Source: an uncultured Desulfospira sp. (GTDB lineage Bacteria; Desulfobacterota; Desulfobacteria; Desulfobacterales; Desulfobacteraceae). From it: a stretch of 64,000 bases of DNA. The stretch spans positions 960,001 through 1,024,000 of the forward strand of contig OY760175.1 of assembly GCA_963663165.1 (NCBI GenBank). Direction: 5' to 3'. The notes under the pieces are model-generated. The model saw only the letters and a list, made by a program, of their open reading frames with translations, searched no databases and was not told the origin of the DNA. Every line of letters begins with the position of its first letter. The first letter of the stretch is position 1. Positions 8,654-18,376 of this stretch are shown here, piece after piece. The translations under genes were made by a program, and so were the position numbers.

Positions 8654-9685
8654 ATGAAAATTACTGTCATTTGCAAACGTTCACTTTCTTTGCTGATCAT
8701 GATTTCGGTCGTCATGTTGACATGGACAACCGGATCCTATGCCAAAACAATCAAGCTTAACTATAGTTGGTTTGCGCCAAATTCGGAAGCCCACTACCAG
8801 GTGGTTCAATACTTTATCAAGGAAATTGAAGAACGGACTCAGGGGCGTGTCAAAATAACATACTTTCCAGCCGGGTCCCTTGTGGGCGGCCCCCAGGCGT
8901 ATGACGCCGTCTCAAAAGGGATTTCCGATATTGATTTTCCGGTCATGGCATATACGCCGGCCCGTTTTCCGGTTTGCTTTGCCTGGGACCTGCCTTTGGG
9001 AATCAAATCATCTGCTGCAGCGACCCAAATGATGATCGAGTCCTATGAAAAATTTAAACCCAAAGAACTGGATGGTGTCAAAATTCTCTATCTTTGGGGA
9101 TCTCCGCCTTGCCAGCTTCAAGTCAAAAAAGAAATGAACAGCATGACAGATATTGTTGGCCGGAAAATCAGATGCACCGGCATTACGGCGGAATTTATCC
9201 GGGCGCTTGGCGGCACCCCCGTGTCACTGCCCATGTCCGGCGCCTATGAATCATTGCAAAAAGGGGTGGTTGAGGGCACCATCAACTCAACCAACGCACT
9301 GAAAGTCTTCAAGCTTGGCGAACTGCTCGACTATGAATACGAAATAAACGCCTTAACCGTCCCTTTTATTTGTGTAATGAATCAAAAGAAATGGCAGTCG
9401 CTTCCGGCTGATATCCAAAAAATCATCAGCGAGGTAAGCCAGGAATGTATTCCTCTGGAAACCAAAGTCTGGAATGAGTCAGTTCATGAAGGCCGCATGT
9501 TTGGGGAGGAAAAAGGCATGCAGTTTATTAAGGCGACACCGGAAATGTTTAAGGAAATAGAGACGGTACAACCGGTTTTGTATCAAAACTACCTGGATAA
9601 TCTAAAGAAACTCGGGCTTGAAAAAGAGGGGAAAGCCTTTCTGGATTACTTAATTGCCTTTTCAAAAAGTGACAAGAATAAGTAG
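8654..9685 (+). CDS. dctP: TRAP transporter substrate-binding protein
   Basis: signal peptide, EERTQGRVKITYFPAGSL, GRKIR, ALGGTPV, YESLQKGVVEG. Confidence 0.9.
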   Translation: MKITVICKRSLSLLIMISVVMLTWTTGSYAKTIKLNYSWFAPNSEAHYQVVQYFIKEIEERTQGRVKITYFPAGSLVGGPQAYDAVSKGISDIDFPVMAYTPARFPVCFAWDLPLGIKSSAAATQMMIESYEKFKPKELDGVKILYLWGSPPCQLQVKKEMNSMTDIVGRKIRCTGITAEFIRALGGTPVSLPMSGAYESLQKGVVEGTINSTNALKVFKLGELLDYEYEINALTVPFICVMNQKKWQSLPADIQKIISEVSQECIPLETKVWNESVHEGRMFGEEKGMQFIKATPEMFKEIETVQPVLYQNYLDNLKKLGLEKEGKAFLDYLIAFSKSDKNK

Positions 9686-9699
9686 GACAACATAACATA

Positions 9700-10200
9700 A
9701 TGATAACGAGAATGAAAAACGGTATTGTCTGGGTAAGCGGACGCTTAAACGCCGTTGCGGGTGTTATCGTAATCGCACTGATGGTGCTGACCACCAGCGA
9801 TGTGTTTTTGAGATATCTGTTTAACTGCCCTGTAAGAGGGACTTATGATGTTTCCGGGCTTATGGCGCTGGTGATCATCAGTCTTGCCCTGGCACAAACC
9901 CAATTGAAAAGAGGGCATATCAGCATTACGATCCTCCTGACCGTCCTGCCAAAGAAAATCGAGATACTGGTACAGGCCGCCATTGATTTTATCTGTCTTC
10001 TGGCGTCCATTGGTGTCGCCTGGCAAAGCTGGATCTACGCCATTTCTCTGGCTTCGGTCGGAGAAGCTTCCCAGACGGAAAAAATTCCTTTTGCCCCATT
10101 TGTTTACACGATTAGCGCCGGCTTTATTGTCCTGAGTCTTGTTTTGCTTATCAGCGTTGTTGAATCCATAAACAAGGAATTTAAAAATGAGTCCAATTGA
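9700..10200 (+). CDS. dctQ: TRAP transporter small permease
   Basis: 4 hydrophobic segments, DVFLRYLFN, GHISI. Confidence 0.9.
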   Translation: MITRMKNGIVWVSGRLNAVAGVIVIALMVLTTSDVFLRYLFNCPVRGTYDVSGLMALVIISLALAQTQLKRGHISITILLTVLPKKIEILVQAAIDFICLLASIGVAWQSWIYAISLASVGEASQTEKIPFAPFVYTISAGFIVLSLVLLISVVESINKEFKNESN

Positions 10201-11485
10201 AACAGGCATTGTTGGGTTGATATCACTGGTCATCGCGATTCTGGTCGGATTCCCGGTTGCATTTGCCATGTTGATTATCGGTTTTTTGGGGTTCAGCGCA
10301 CTGGTTTCAATGGATGCCGGATTAAACATTGTCTCACAGGATATATTCAGTGTGTTTTCATCCTATTCATTGACAGTGGTCCCCATGTTCGTATTAATGG
10401 GGTCCATCGCATTTTCAGCCGGGACCAGCAGCCGGCTTTTCAATGTTGCCAATAATTTTTTCGGCCATCTTAAAGGAGGGCTGGCCATGGCCACCATTGG
10501 CACCTGTGCTGCATTTGCCGCCATGTGCGGGTCTGCCAATGCCGCTACGGCAGCATTGGGTAAAGTCGCCATACCGGAAATGGAGAAATATAATTATTCT
10601 TCCATCCTTTCCACCGGATGCGTTGCCTCCGGCGGAACATTGGGGGTTCTTATCCCGCCGAGTACGGTATTTATCATCTATGGCATATTAACGGGCGAAT
10701 CCATTGGCAAGCTGTTTATTTCCGGCATTATCCCCGGCCTTCTGTTAACCCTGTTGTTTGTCGTAACCATATATATTCTCTGTAAGGCCAATCCAGTCCT
10801 CGGACCTGCGGGTGAACGCATCAGCTGGTCAAATAGAATTAAATCCCTCAGTGGTGTTATTGAAATGCTGATGTTATTTATTCTGGTCATGGGGGGGATA
10901 TTTACGGGTGTTTTCACGCCCACGGAAGCGGGCGGCGTTGGGGCTTCGGGCACCATTGTTATCGGATTGATTGGCCGCAATTTAAGCTGGAAAATGATGA
11001 AAATAGCCGTTACAGACACGGTCAATATTACCTGTATGCTGTTTTTTATCATTGCGGGTGCCACCGTTTTCGGGCATTTCATTGCGGTGACGCAAATCCC
11101 CATTGCCCTGGTAAACTGGCTTTCTGATTTGACCGTCAGCCCTCAGATTATTTTAGGGCTTATTATTGCCATCTACTTTGTCGGCGGATGTTTTATTGAC
11201 ATTCTGCCTCTAATCCTATTAACCGTTCCTATTTTTGCACCGATTATCCAATCCTTAAATTACAGCCTCATCTGGTTTGGTGTAATTATCGTTCTGATTG
11301 CCCAGATCGGTGCCATCACTCCCCCGGTCGGCGTATGCGTTTACGTACTCAAAGGGGTGTGCCCGTCCGTTCCTTTGACCGTGATTTTTAAAGGATGCCT
11401 GCCTTTTGTCATCACTATTTTGATTTGCGTTTTAATATTGTTGCTCTTTCCGTCAATCGTCACTTTTTTACCGGACCTGATGTGA
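10187..11485 (+). CDS. dctM: TRAP transporter large permease
   Basis: GFPVAFAM, GGTLGVLIPPS, FTPTEA, ITPPVG. Confidence 0.95.
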   Translation: MSPIETGIVGLISLVIAILVGFPVAFAMLIIGFLGFSALVSMDAGLNIVSQDIFSVFSSYSLTVVPMFVLMGSIAFSAGTSSRLFNVANNFFGHLKGGLAMATIGTCAAFAAMCGSANAATAALGKVAIPEMEKYNYSSILSTGCVASGGTLGVLIPPSTVFIIYGILTGESIGKLFISGIIPGLLLTLLFVVTIYILCKANPVLGPAGERISWSNRIKSLSGVIEMLMLFILVMGGIFTGVFTPTEAGGVGASGTIVIGLIGRNLSWKMMKIAVTDTVNITCMLFFIIAGATVFGHFIAVTQIPIALVNWLSDLTVSPQIILGLIIAIYFVGGCFIDILPLILLTVPIFAPIIQSLNYSLIWFGVIIVLIAQIGAITPPVGVCVYVLKGVCPSVPLTVIFKGCLPFVITILICVLILLLFPSIVTFLPDLM

Positions 11486-11512
11486 CCCATTATCTTAACT
11501 TAAGGGATTATT

Positions 11513-12586
11513 ATGGAAATTAATTTAAAAAAAGATCAGATGACCCTGCATGAAAGATGGACTGCTCTTTTAAACCGGCAACCGATGGATCGCATCCCGG
11601 TGTATGCGTTTGCCCATGGGTTTTGTGGAAAACATGCCGGACTCACCCTTGCCGATACCTATAGTTCTCCACAAAAAACATTTAATGCCATTAAAAATGT
11701 CAGTGAGAAATTTGGATGGCAGGATCTGCCGCTGATCGCTTATGCCGGATTAGGCGCATGGGAGTTCGGCGGTGAGGTCCAAATGCCGCAAAGTCAATAT
11801 GATCAGGCCCCGAAAGTGATCAGACGGCCGGTTACAAAACCCGAAGATATTGAATTATTAACCGTTCCCGATGTCCATAACGCCGGAATCTATCCGTTTG
11901 CCATGGAAGTTTCCAAACTTCAGGCGCAAAGCGGGACAGGGCTGATCATGTTCATGATTCCAACCCCCTGGGCACTTGCCTGCAATATTTGCGGAATGGA
12001 AAATATTGCCCGGTGGTCATTAAAGGCGCCGGATCTGGTAGACAGGGTTCAAGAAATCATCCTGCCCTTTACCGGTAAAATCTTAGAATACTGGATTGAT
12101 GCATTTGGAACCGATCGCCTTCTGCCCTGGGTGAGCGGGGGGGCCGCATCAAATAACAGCCTCATTTCCCCCAAAATATTTTCCAGATTTGTCCTGCCCT
12201 ACATGCAAAAAACCTTTGACGCGGTTCACCGGTCCGGTATTAAGCATATTTATGTTCACGTCTGCGGTGAACATAATTTGAACTTGCCTTATTGGGCGCA
12301 ACTGAATTATGGTGACCCAGGGATTTTAAGTTTTGGGATTGAAGTTGATCTGAACACTGCGGGTAAAATGTTTCCCAATGATATTATCATGGGCAATATT
12401 GATACGGCCATTTTGGCCGAAGGGACACCCGAGCAGGTATACGAAGCAACGAAAATGACCATTGAGAAAGGGAAACAGTGTCCGGGAGGATTTATGCTGG
12501 CGCCAGGCTGTGAAATGCCTCCCATGGCCCCTGAAGAAAACATGTGGGCAATGATGCAGGCCGTGAGTGACTTTGGCTGGTATTAG
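11513..12586 (+). CDS. second UroD-fold MtaA-family methyltransferase
   Basis: DRIPV, VHVCG, GNID, GTPEQV, LAPGCEMPP. Confidence 0.85.
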   Translation: MEINLKKDQMTLHERWTALLNRQPMDRIPVYAFAHGFCGKHAGLTLADTYSSPQKTFNAIKNVSEKFGWQDLPLIAYAGLGAWEFGGEVQMPQSQYDQAPKVIRRPVTKPEDIELLTVPDVHNAGIYPFAMEVSKLQAQSGTGLIMFMIPTPWALACNICGMENIARWSLKAPDLVDRVQEIILPFTGKILEYWIDAFGTDRLLPWVSGGAASNNSLISPKIFSRFVLPYMQKTFDAVHRSGIKHIYVHVCGEHNLNLPYWAQLNYGDPGILSFGIEVDLNTAGKMFPNDIIMGNIDTAILAEGTPEQVYEATKMTIEKGKQCPGGFMLAPGCEMPPMAPEENMWAMMQAVSDFGWY

Positions 12587-12619
12587 GGAATCGGAACCGG
12601 ACCTAAAAAAACCTGCCGT

Positions 12620-13471
12620 ATGGAAAAAGACAATTTGAGCCTTGCCGAATCTATTGGTATTAATGTCCGAAAGTTAAGAAAAAAAAGCAATTATACCCTG
12701 AAGAATCTTTCTGATAAAACAGGGCTTTCCATTGCGTTGCTTTCAAGAATTGAGAATGGGCAGCTCAGCCCGTCCGTTAATACACTCGATAAAATCGCCA
12801 ATGCGCTGGGGATTGAAATATCTCATATCCTTCAAGAAGAGCTGTCACCGGATCAGCTGGGGTTGGAAATTTCAGAAAAAATTAAAAAACGCATGAAAAT
12901 TTTTGGAATTTCCATAGTTGAACTATCAGAAAAAAGTGAAATCCCAGAGACCATGCTGAAGCGGTTTTTAAAAAATGAAATATTTTTATCCATCCCCAAT
13001 TTTATGCGGCTGGCCAATATCCTGAAAGTTGATTTAAGCTACTTTTTCCAAAACTCACCCAATAAAAACTTTGTGATCAGCCGAAAAGACAACCGGACTT
13101 TAAATGAATGGATGGGGAAAAAAGGAAAACCCAATTATTTGGTTGAAATACTATTTGAAGATTTCCCCAACCAGGTAATGGAACCGGTTATTTCCACACA
13201 TGTTGCCAAAGAAGATTTCCTCATTAAAGCCAGCCACGCAGGCCAGGAATTTTTTTATGTGCTGGAAGGAAAGGTCAAATTGTTCCTGGACGATCATAAA
13301 ATCATTCTAAATCAAGGGGATGCCATTTACTTTGACTCCCATCTGCCCCATGCGGCGGTAAGCATCAGTGATGCGCCCGCAAAAACCATTCATACCCATT
13401 TTGCGCCCTATTCGAGGTTAAAAACAGGGGCTTTGCCTCAAAAAGGAATCGATAAACCCCAAAAGGTCTGA
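12620..13471 (+). CDS. XRE-family regulator with two HTH domains and a C-terminal cupin
   Basis: LSDKTGLSIALLSRIENG; second HTH LSEKSEIPETMLKRF; HAGQEFFYVLEG...GDAIYFDSHLPH. Confidence 0.9.
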   Translation: MEKDNLSLAESIGINVRKLRKKSNYTLKNLSDKTGLSIALLSRIENGQLSPSVNTLDKIANALGIEISHILQEELSPDQLGLEISEKIKKRMKIFGISIVELSEKSEIPETMLKRFLKNEIFLSIPNFMRLANILKVDLSYFFQNSPNKNFVISRKDNRTLNEWMGKKGKPNYLVEILFEDFPNQVMEPVISTHVAKEDFLIKASHAGQEFFYVLEGKVKLFLDDHKIILNQGDAIYFDSHLPHAAVSISDAPAKTIHTHFAPYSRLKTGALPQKGIDKPQKV

Positions 13472-13538
13472 ATCCGGACAATTATCATTTAAAATTCGTT
13501 ACCGGCCATCCTGATTTCCAATAGTAAATTTTTATATA

Positions 13539-13623
13539 AAAGTCTCACTAACATCCTGATAAGACTTTCAATATTTGTTGTGGGCGGTTCTTGGTTGGAT
13601 AACCAAGACGGCCCGTGGCCGTT
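13539..13623 (+). repeat. dispersed element copy 1: 30-bp palindrome plus GGAT-loop hairpin
   Basis: AAAGTCTCACTAACATCCTGATAAGACTTT then GTTGTGGGCGGTTCTTGGTTGGATAACCAAGACGGCCCGTGGCCGTT; related copies at 18712-18756 and 61908-61997. Confidence 0.75.
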
Positions 13624-13903
13624 CATAAGAAACTGGAGACAAGAGGGCGAAGCACCTGCGGTGCCCAATTTATAGTCTACCGTTGCTGGTATCTTCAGTT
13701 TCATTATTCGTTGTGGGCTTGTGGTCCGTGACTGTTTGTAACCGCCGTTGGTACTATATTTGCTTACAATGTTGTTTGGCTTAACAATGAATTTATGATC
13801 TTGGGTTATCCGAAAAAAAAGGGATGGCCAGGTTGATGGTAATCTAAAATTAAAACATCGAATCCAAGACGGGAGACCTGTCCCATGGATCCAGGAGGTA
13901 AAG

Positions 13904-14908
13904 ATGCGAAAGAAAGACAGGACAGGGGTCAGCCGAAGGGCGTTTTTAAAAGGGGTAGCCGCCGGGGGCGCCTGCATGATGTTGCCCGGAACGGTGAAAG
14001 CGGCGCAACAGGGTAAGGTACTGGCTACCCTGCATGATCTGTCTCGGTGTATTGGCTGCGGGGAATGTGTGTCTGCCTGTACCGCACAGAATGAAGCCAA
14101 GTATCCGGAACCCCAAAAACCCTTTCCCAGGATGTATCCTGACCGGGTCAAGGTGGCGGACTGGTCGGATAAGCGTGATATGGACGACCGGCTCACCCCT
14201 TACAACTGGCTGACCATCCAGAGCGTTGAGGTTGAATGGCAGGGGGAATCCTATGAAATCCATATCCCCCGGCGCTGCATGCACTGCGAAAATCCCCCCT
14301 GTGCCAACCTGTGTCCCTGGGGGGCCTGTGCCCGGGAGGACAATGGTGTGGTGCGCATCAATTCGGATATCTGCCTGGGCGGTTCCAAGTGCCGGTCGGT
14401 CTGCCCCTGGGATATTCCCCAGCGCCAGACAGGTGTGGGCCTTTATCTTAAACTCATGCCGGCTTTTGCCGGCAACGGGGTCATGTATAAATGTGATCGC
14501 TGTTTTGATCTGTTGAGCCAGGGCGGTGTACCGGCCTGTATCAGTGAGTGCCCCGAAGAGGTCCAGTTCATCGGCCCCCGAGATGAGATCCTGGCCCGGG
14601 CCCACGAGCTGGCCAGATCCTTTGCCGGCAGCGGCAATGAAACCGATTTCATTTATGGGGAATTTGAAAACGGTGGCACCAACACTATATATGTTTCGCC
14701 GGTCCCCATTGAGGTGCTGGCCAAGGCCCTTGAGGCCGGGCCGGGAAATCCCCATATGAACCCGGTTGAGGATATGATGGCCAAAGATGAAATTTTTGGC
14801 ATGGCCGCCCTGACCGCGCCATTGGCCGGCGTGGCCGCCGGGGTGCTCACGGCTGGGGCAGGACTGCTCAAATTAGGCGGGAAGGATAAGGAGGAGACCC
14901 ATGAATAG
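13904..14908 (+). CDS. Tat-exported multi-[4Fe-4S] protein (HybA/NrfC/DmsB-like) with C-terminal membrane anchor
   Basis: SRRAFLK twin-arginine motif; CIGCGECVSAC, CMHCENPPC, CLGGSKC..VCP, KCDRC...PAC...CP. Confidence 0.9.
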   Translation: MRKKDRTGVSRRAFLKGVAAGGACMMLPGTVKAAQQGKVLATLHDLSRCIGCGECVSACTAQNEAKYPEPQKPFPRMYPDRVKVADWSDKRDMDDRLTPYNWLTIQSVEVEWQGESYEIHIPRRCMHCENPPCANLCPWGACAREDNGVVRINSDICLGGSKCRSVCPWDIPQRQTGVGLYLKLMPAFAGNGVMYKCDRCFDLLSQGGVPACISECPEEVQFIGPRDEILARAHELARSFAGSGNETDFIYGEFENGGTNTIYVSPVPIEVLAKALEAGPGNPHMNPVEDMMAKDEIFGMAALTAPLAGVAAGVLTAGAGLLKLGGKDKEETHE

Positions 14909-15368
14909 TCTTTTTTCCAGAGGGATGAACCGCATCCTGCTTTCGGTCATGGCCATCCTTGCCCTGACCGGCATGGCCCAGATGCCCATTTTCAAACGGT
15001 ATTACATTGCCGATATTCCGGGATTCGGGTGGCTGGCCGCCTATTATACCACCCACCAGATCCATTATATGGCAGCGTTTGTGTTCCTGTTTGTGCTGTT
15101 CTGGATGGCCGCGGAATACCTGATGCGCCGGCGCAGGGAATGGCGGGTCACCCCCATGGGCTGGATGCGGCTGGCTGTCCTGGCCATGATCGTGGCCACC
15201 GGAATGTTACGGACCGTGAAAAATCTGCCCGGCCACGGGTTCAGCCCCATGGCGGTCATGCTGGTGGACTGGATTCATCTGGCAGGGGCCATGCTTTTGG
15301 GCCTTATCGCCATCCTTGCAAGAATAGGCCCCTGGCGCCGGAATGGGGTTTATGCCGCACGGCGGTGA
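14901..15368 (+). CDS. 4-TM membrane partner, cytochrome b-like
   Basis: hydrophobic helices with His (THQIHY, WIHL); overlaps the Fe-S gene. Confidence 0.6.
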   Translation: MNSLFSRGMNRILLSVMAILALTGMAQMPIFKRYYIADIPGFGWLAAYYTTHQIHYMAAFVFLFVLFWMAAEYLMRRRREWRVTPMGWMRLAVLAMIVATGMLRTVKNLPGHGFSPMAVMLVDWIHLAGAMLLGLIAILARIGPWRRNGVYAARR

Positions 15369-15468
15369 CTAAGGTAATTAGACTGAAGGTGGTTAGGCTG
15401 AAGGGATGCGCAACCCTAAATCCCTTCAGTCTTTAGCCTAAATCCCCAGGTTTTATTGGAGACAATCT

Positions 15469-16860
15469 TTACCCCTGCAACGGAATATCCCATTTTTTCA
15501 TATATTTCCAGACAGCGGTCCGGCTCTTGTTGATCTGCCGGGCCACTTCGGCTTTGTTCCAGCGGCACTCTTCGAGCAGCTGGATGAGGCTCTCCCGGGT
15601 GATTTCCCGGTTGGAAAAATCCGTGGTCAGCCGGGGTCCCATTTGAGGCGAGGCCTTTACCATATGGCTTTCCCGGATTTCAATGGGAAGATCTTTTAAC
15701 TGGATCTGATGGGATTCACACAGGACAAAGGCATGCTCGACGGCGTTTTCAAGTTCCCGGACATTCCCGGGCCAGGGGTGTTCCATGATCTTTTTCATGG
15801 CCTGGGAGCTGAGGCTGGATATATGTTTGCCTTCTCTTTTATTTCCCTTGTCCAGAAAGTGGCTGACCAGCAGGGGAATGTCATCCCTTCTTTCCCGCAG
15901 GGGCGGCACATGGACCGGGAAAACCTTGAGCCGGTAGAACAGGTCCTCACGGAACTGCCCCTCCCGGACCATGCGGTAAAGGTCTTTGTGGGTGGCGGCA
16001 ATGATCCGGATGTCAATTTTGATTTTTTTTGAATCCCCTACCCTCTCGATCTCCCTTTCCTGGAGAACCCTAAGCAGCTTGACCTGCATGTAAGGGGTGA
16101 GTTCTCCGATCTCGTCCAGGAAAATGGTGCCCTGGTCCGCTTCCTCGAACCGGCCTTTCCTGTCCCTGTGGGCCCCGGTGAACGCCCCTTTGACATGGCC
16201 GAACAGCTCACTTTCCAGCAAGGTTTCGGACAGGGCTGAACAGTTGACCGTGATCAGGGGTTTTTCCCCGCCGGGACCGTTGTAATGGATGGCCCCGGCC
16301 ACCAGTTCTTTGCCCGTGCCGCTTTCCCCGTAAATAAGGATGTTGGCCTGGCTGTTGGCCGCCGCCCTGATGGCGTCAAACACGTTTTGCATGGCCGTGC
16401 TTTTTCCGATGATATTGCCCAGCCGATAGGCTTTTTTAAGCTTTCTTTGGGCCTCTTCGGCGGTCTGCCGGACCTTCTTGAGCTCTGTCAGGTCCGTGAC
16501 GGTCTCAACAATACCGAGAACCCGGCCCTCCTCATCCTTTGCCAGCCGGGCGTTTTTTATCACAGGGATGTCATGGCCGTCTTTATGGCGGATAAAGCAT
16601 TCTTTGGTTTCGGTCCTGCCATGTTCAATCACCCCGCATTTTTGAATGTCGGCCGGGCAGTTCCGGCCAAAACAGCGGCTGCACTCAATGAGGCGGCACG
16701 TCTTGCCGATGGCTTCCTGTGCGCCGTATCCGCTAATTTTTTCCATGGACCGGTTCCAGGACGTGATGATCCCTTTGGGATCCAGAATGAAAAGTCCTTC
16801 AGCCATGGTGTCGAGAATTTGATTTAAAAAAGAGACATTCCAGATGTCATGGGTTTTCAT
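15469..16860 (-). CDS. PAS-domain sigma54-dependent enhancer-binding protein
   Basis: Cys-rich [31 protein letters not shown], Fis-type HTH. Confidence 0.95.
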   Translation of the reverse strand: MKTHDIWNVSFLNQILDTMAEGLFILDPKGIITSWNRSMEKISGYGAQEAIGKTCRLIECSRCFGRNCPADIQKCGVIEHGRTETKECFIRHKDGHDIPVIKNARLAKDEEGRVLGIVETVTDLTELKKVRQTAEEAQRKLKKAYRLGNIIGKSTAMQNVFDAIRAAANSQANILIYGESGTGKELVAGAIHYNGPGGEKPLITVNCSALSETLLESELFGHVKGAFTGAHRDRKGRFEEADQGTIFLDEIGELTPYMQVKLLRVLQEREIERVGDSKKIKIDIRIIAATHKDLYRMVREGQFREDLFYRLKVFPVHVPPLRERRDDIPLLVSHFLDKGNKREGKHISSLSSQAMKKIMEHPWPGNVRELENAVEHAFVLCESHQIQLKDLPIEIRESHMVKASPQMGPRLTTDFSNREITRESLIQLLEECRWNKAEVARQINKSRTAVWKYMKKWDIPLQG

Positions 16861-16889
16861 AAGGCAAGTCCTGTTGTCATCCCTGTTAT

Positions 16890-16912
16890 GGTAACTGTTT
16901 GGTAACGCTACC
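16890..16912. promoter_or_regulatory. putative activator site shared with the hdr operon
   Basis: GGTAACTGTTTGGTAACGCTACC between the activator gene and trx. Confidence 0.5.
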
Positions 16913-17053
16913 GTTATCTGAACTGGTTTGCAAGCCTAAGGTTTACAAAATAAACAGCAAACCCCGTGCCAGGCGGCCAAGTGCATGTGGGGAACGGCTT
17001 TTTTCTGTTTATAAGTAAGGTTCGGAAACCCTATGGGTAAAAATTTTATAACC

Positions 17054-17069
17054 TGGCATAAAACTTGAT
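17054..17069 (+). promoter_or_regulatory. sigma54 promoter of thioredoxin
   Basis: TGGCATAAAACTTGAT (GG-N10-GA variant). Confidence 0.6.
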
Positions 17070-17117
17070 TTATCAATATGTCAGACAGTTCAGGAACCAC
17101 GTGTAAAGGAAACGAAA

Positions 17118-17417
17118 ATGGACAAAGAACAATTTCAGGCAGGCCTTAAGGGGAAAACCGTCCTGGTGGTTTTTGGGGCATCCTGGTGCGGACCGTGCCG
17201 GGCCATGGCGCCGGTGATCCGGGAAATTATGGATGAACTCGGAAGCCGGGCAAAAATTCTGGAAATGGACATTGATTCGGAAAAAAACCTGGCCATGGAT
17301 TACATGGTTCAAAGTATCCCGACCCTTATCCTCTTTAAGAATGGGGTAGAGATCAAACGATTGGTAGGAACTCAATCAAAAGATGTTATTTCAAACTTGC
17401 TGAATACGGTGGTGTAA
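17118..17417 (+). CDS. trxA: thioredoxin
   Basis: WCGPC active site, VQSIPTL. Confidence 0.95.
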   Translation: MDKEQFQAGLKGKTVLVVFGASWCGPCRAMAPVIREIMDELGSRAKILEMDIDSEKNLAMDYMVQSIPTLILFKNGVEIKRLVGTQSKDVISNLLNTVV

Positions 17418-17523
17418 AACACCTGAATTACCGCTTTCAAACCAGAACGCCCCATCTGCGCGGTGTGATTATCCTAACTGGCAAGCAACTTATTTTACAC
17501 CCTCTGAACCGTCAAATCAAATT

Positions 17524-17586
17524 ACCATGAAAATCATGAAGCGCAAGAAGGCGCTTGTCCTTCATGCGCTTCATGATTTTCATGGT
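17524..17586. repeat. long near-perfect intergenic palindrome built of 9-bp CATGAA-type units (REP-like or terminator)
   Basis: ACCATGAAAATCATGAAGCGCA...TGCGCTTCATGATTTTCATGGT between convergent genes. Confidence 0.75.
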
Positions 17587-17658
17587 TATTAAAAAATCGG
17601 ATCTATGCGGTGCCGATCAGTAAGGGTTATAACCATTGAAAATCAAAATTATACTCTT

Positions 17659-17871
17659 TTACCGCCAGACCAGAGATTCTTTGTTCCCGACAATATCCCC
17701 TGGCTGGACAGGCTTGTCGGTCCAGACAATTCTGGTACTGCATTCCCATTCATCCTTGTTCAGCTCTTTTTGCCGTTTGGCCAGATTCCTTTCAGAATCT
17801 TTCCGGCTGGCATGGACGGAAATAACCTCACGTTCGGCCGTATGATTATTTTGATAAATCAGTGCATACAT
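17659..17871 (-). CDS. small hypothetical protein
   Basis: 70-aa ORF with GGGAGG RBS, downstream of the DUF4242-like gene. Confidence 0.55.
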   Translation of the reverse strand: MYALIYQNNHTAEREVISVHASRKDSERNLAKRQKELNKDEWECSTRIVWTDKPVQPGDIVGNKESLVWR

Positions 17872-17967
17872 TGGCTGGCCCTCCCCTGATGTTGACTGGC
17901 ATCATTTCATTCGGAGTGCAGGCCGGGAAAGCGGTGAATCCGGCCTGTACTCCCGTTTAAATTTTAT

Positions 17968-18282
17968 TCAGTTGCCCAGGGTATCGGCAACCGCCTCTTT
18001 TTCAATGTGAACCTGCCAGCTTTCACCCCACAGATCCGGAACAGTTTCCTCCACCGGTAAAATAGAATCCCACCCAATCCCGATTTCCGAAAAAACCTCT
18101 TTGAGGACGCCTTCATCAGGGGCCATCCACAGGCAGTACCGGACGCCTTTTTCGTCGTTATAGTATGTTCTGATCCATGTTGCGGCTTCAACGTCAGCCA
18201 GTTTTCGCCAGTTGGCCTGGACCTGTTCGCAGTCAATGCCGGGGTTGCTGTGTACCATCATATACTTTTTAAATTTGGCCAT
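17968..18282 (-). CDS. DUF4242-like small protein
   Basis: WIRTY.......YCLW.AP pattern; AGGAG RBS. Confidence 0.7.
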   Translation of the reverse strand: MAKFKKYMMVHSNPGIDCEQVQANWRKLADVEAATWIRTYYNDEKGVRYCLWMAPDEGVLKEVFSEIGIGWDSILPVEETVPDLWGESWQVHIEKEAVADTLGN

Positions 18283-18360
18283 GATTCATCTCCTTGATCT
18301 CGTATGGTTGTTGTCTTGATCCAAAAGATGCACATCAATTGGGAGTTAAAAATAATAATA

Positions 18361-18376
18361 TCAATAACCGTGCCAG
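18361..18376 (-). promoter_or_regulatory. sigma54 promoter of the DUF4242-like gene (second copy at 22377-22392)
   Basis: minus strand CTGGCACGGTTATTGA. Confidence 0.6.

Noticed and set aside
7567..12586. true uroporphyrinogen decarboxylase hemE, or a pyrrolysine methylamine methyltransferase system
   Set aside because: No RQAGR HemE motif, Zn-thiol motif present instead; no MttB/MtbB/MtmB-like ORF or in-frame TAG seen
13489..14196. 235-aa minus-strand ORF and other long antisense ORFs in the track
   Set aside because: Shadow frames of well-supported genes with no motifs or RBS
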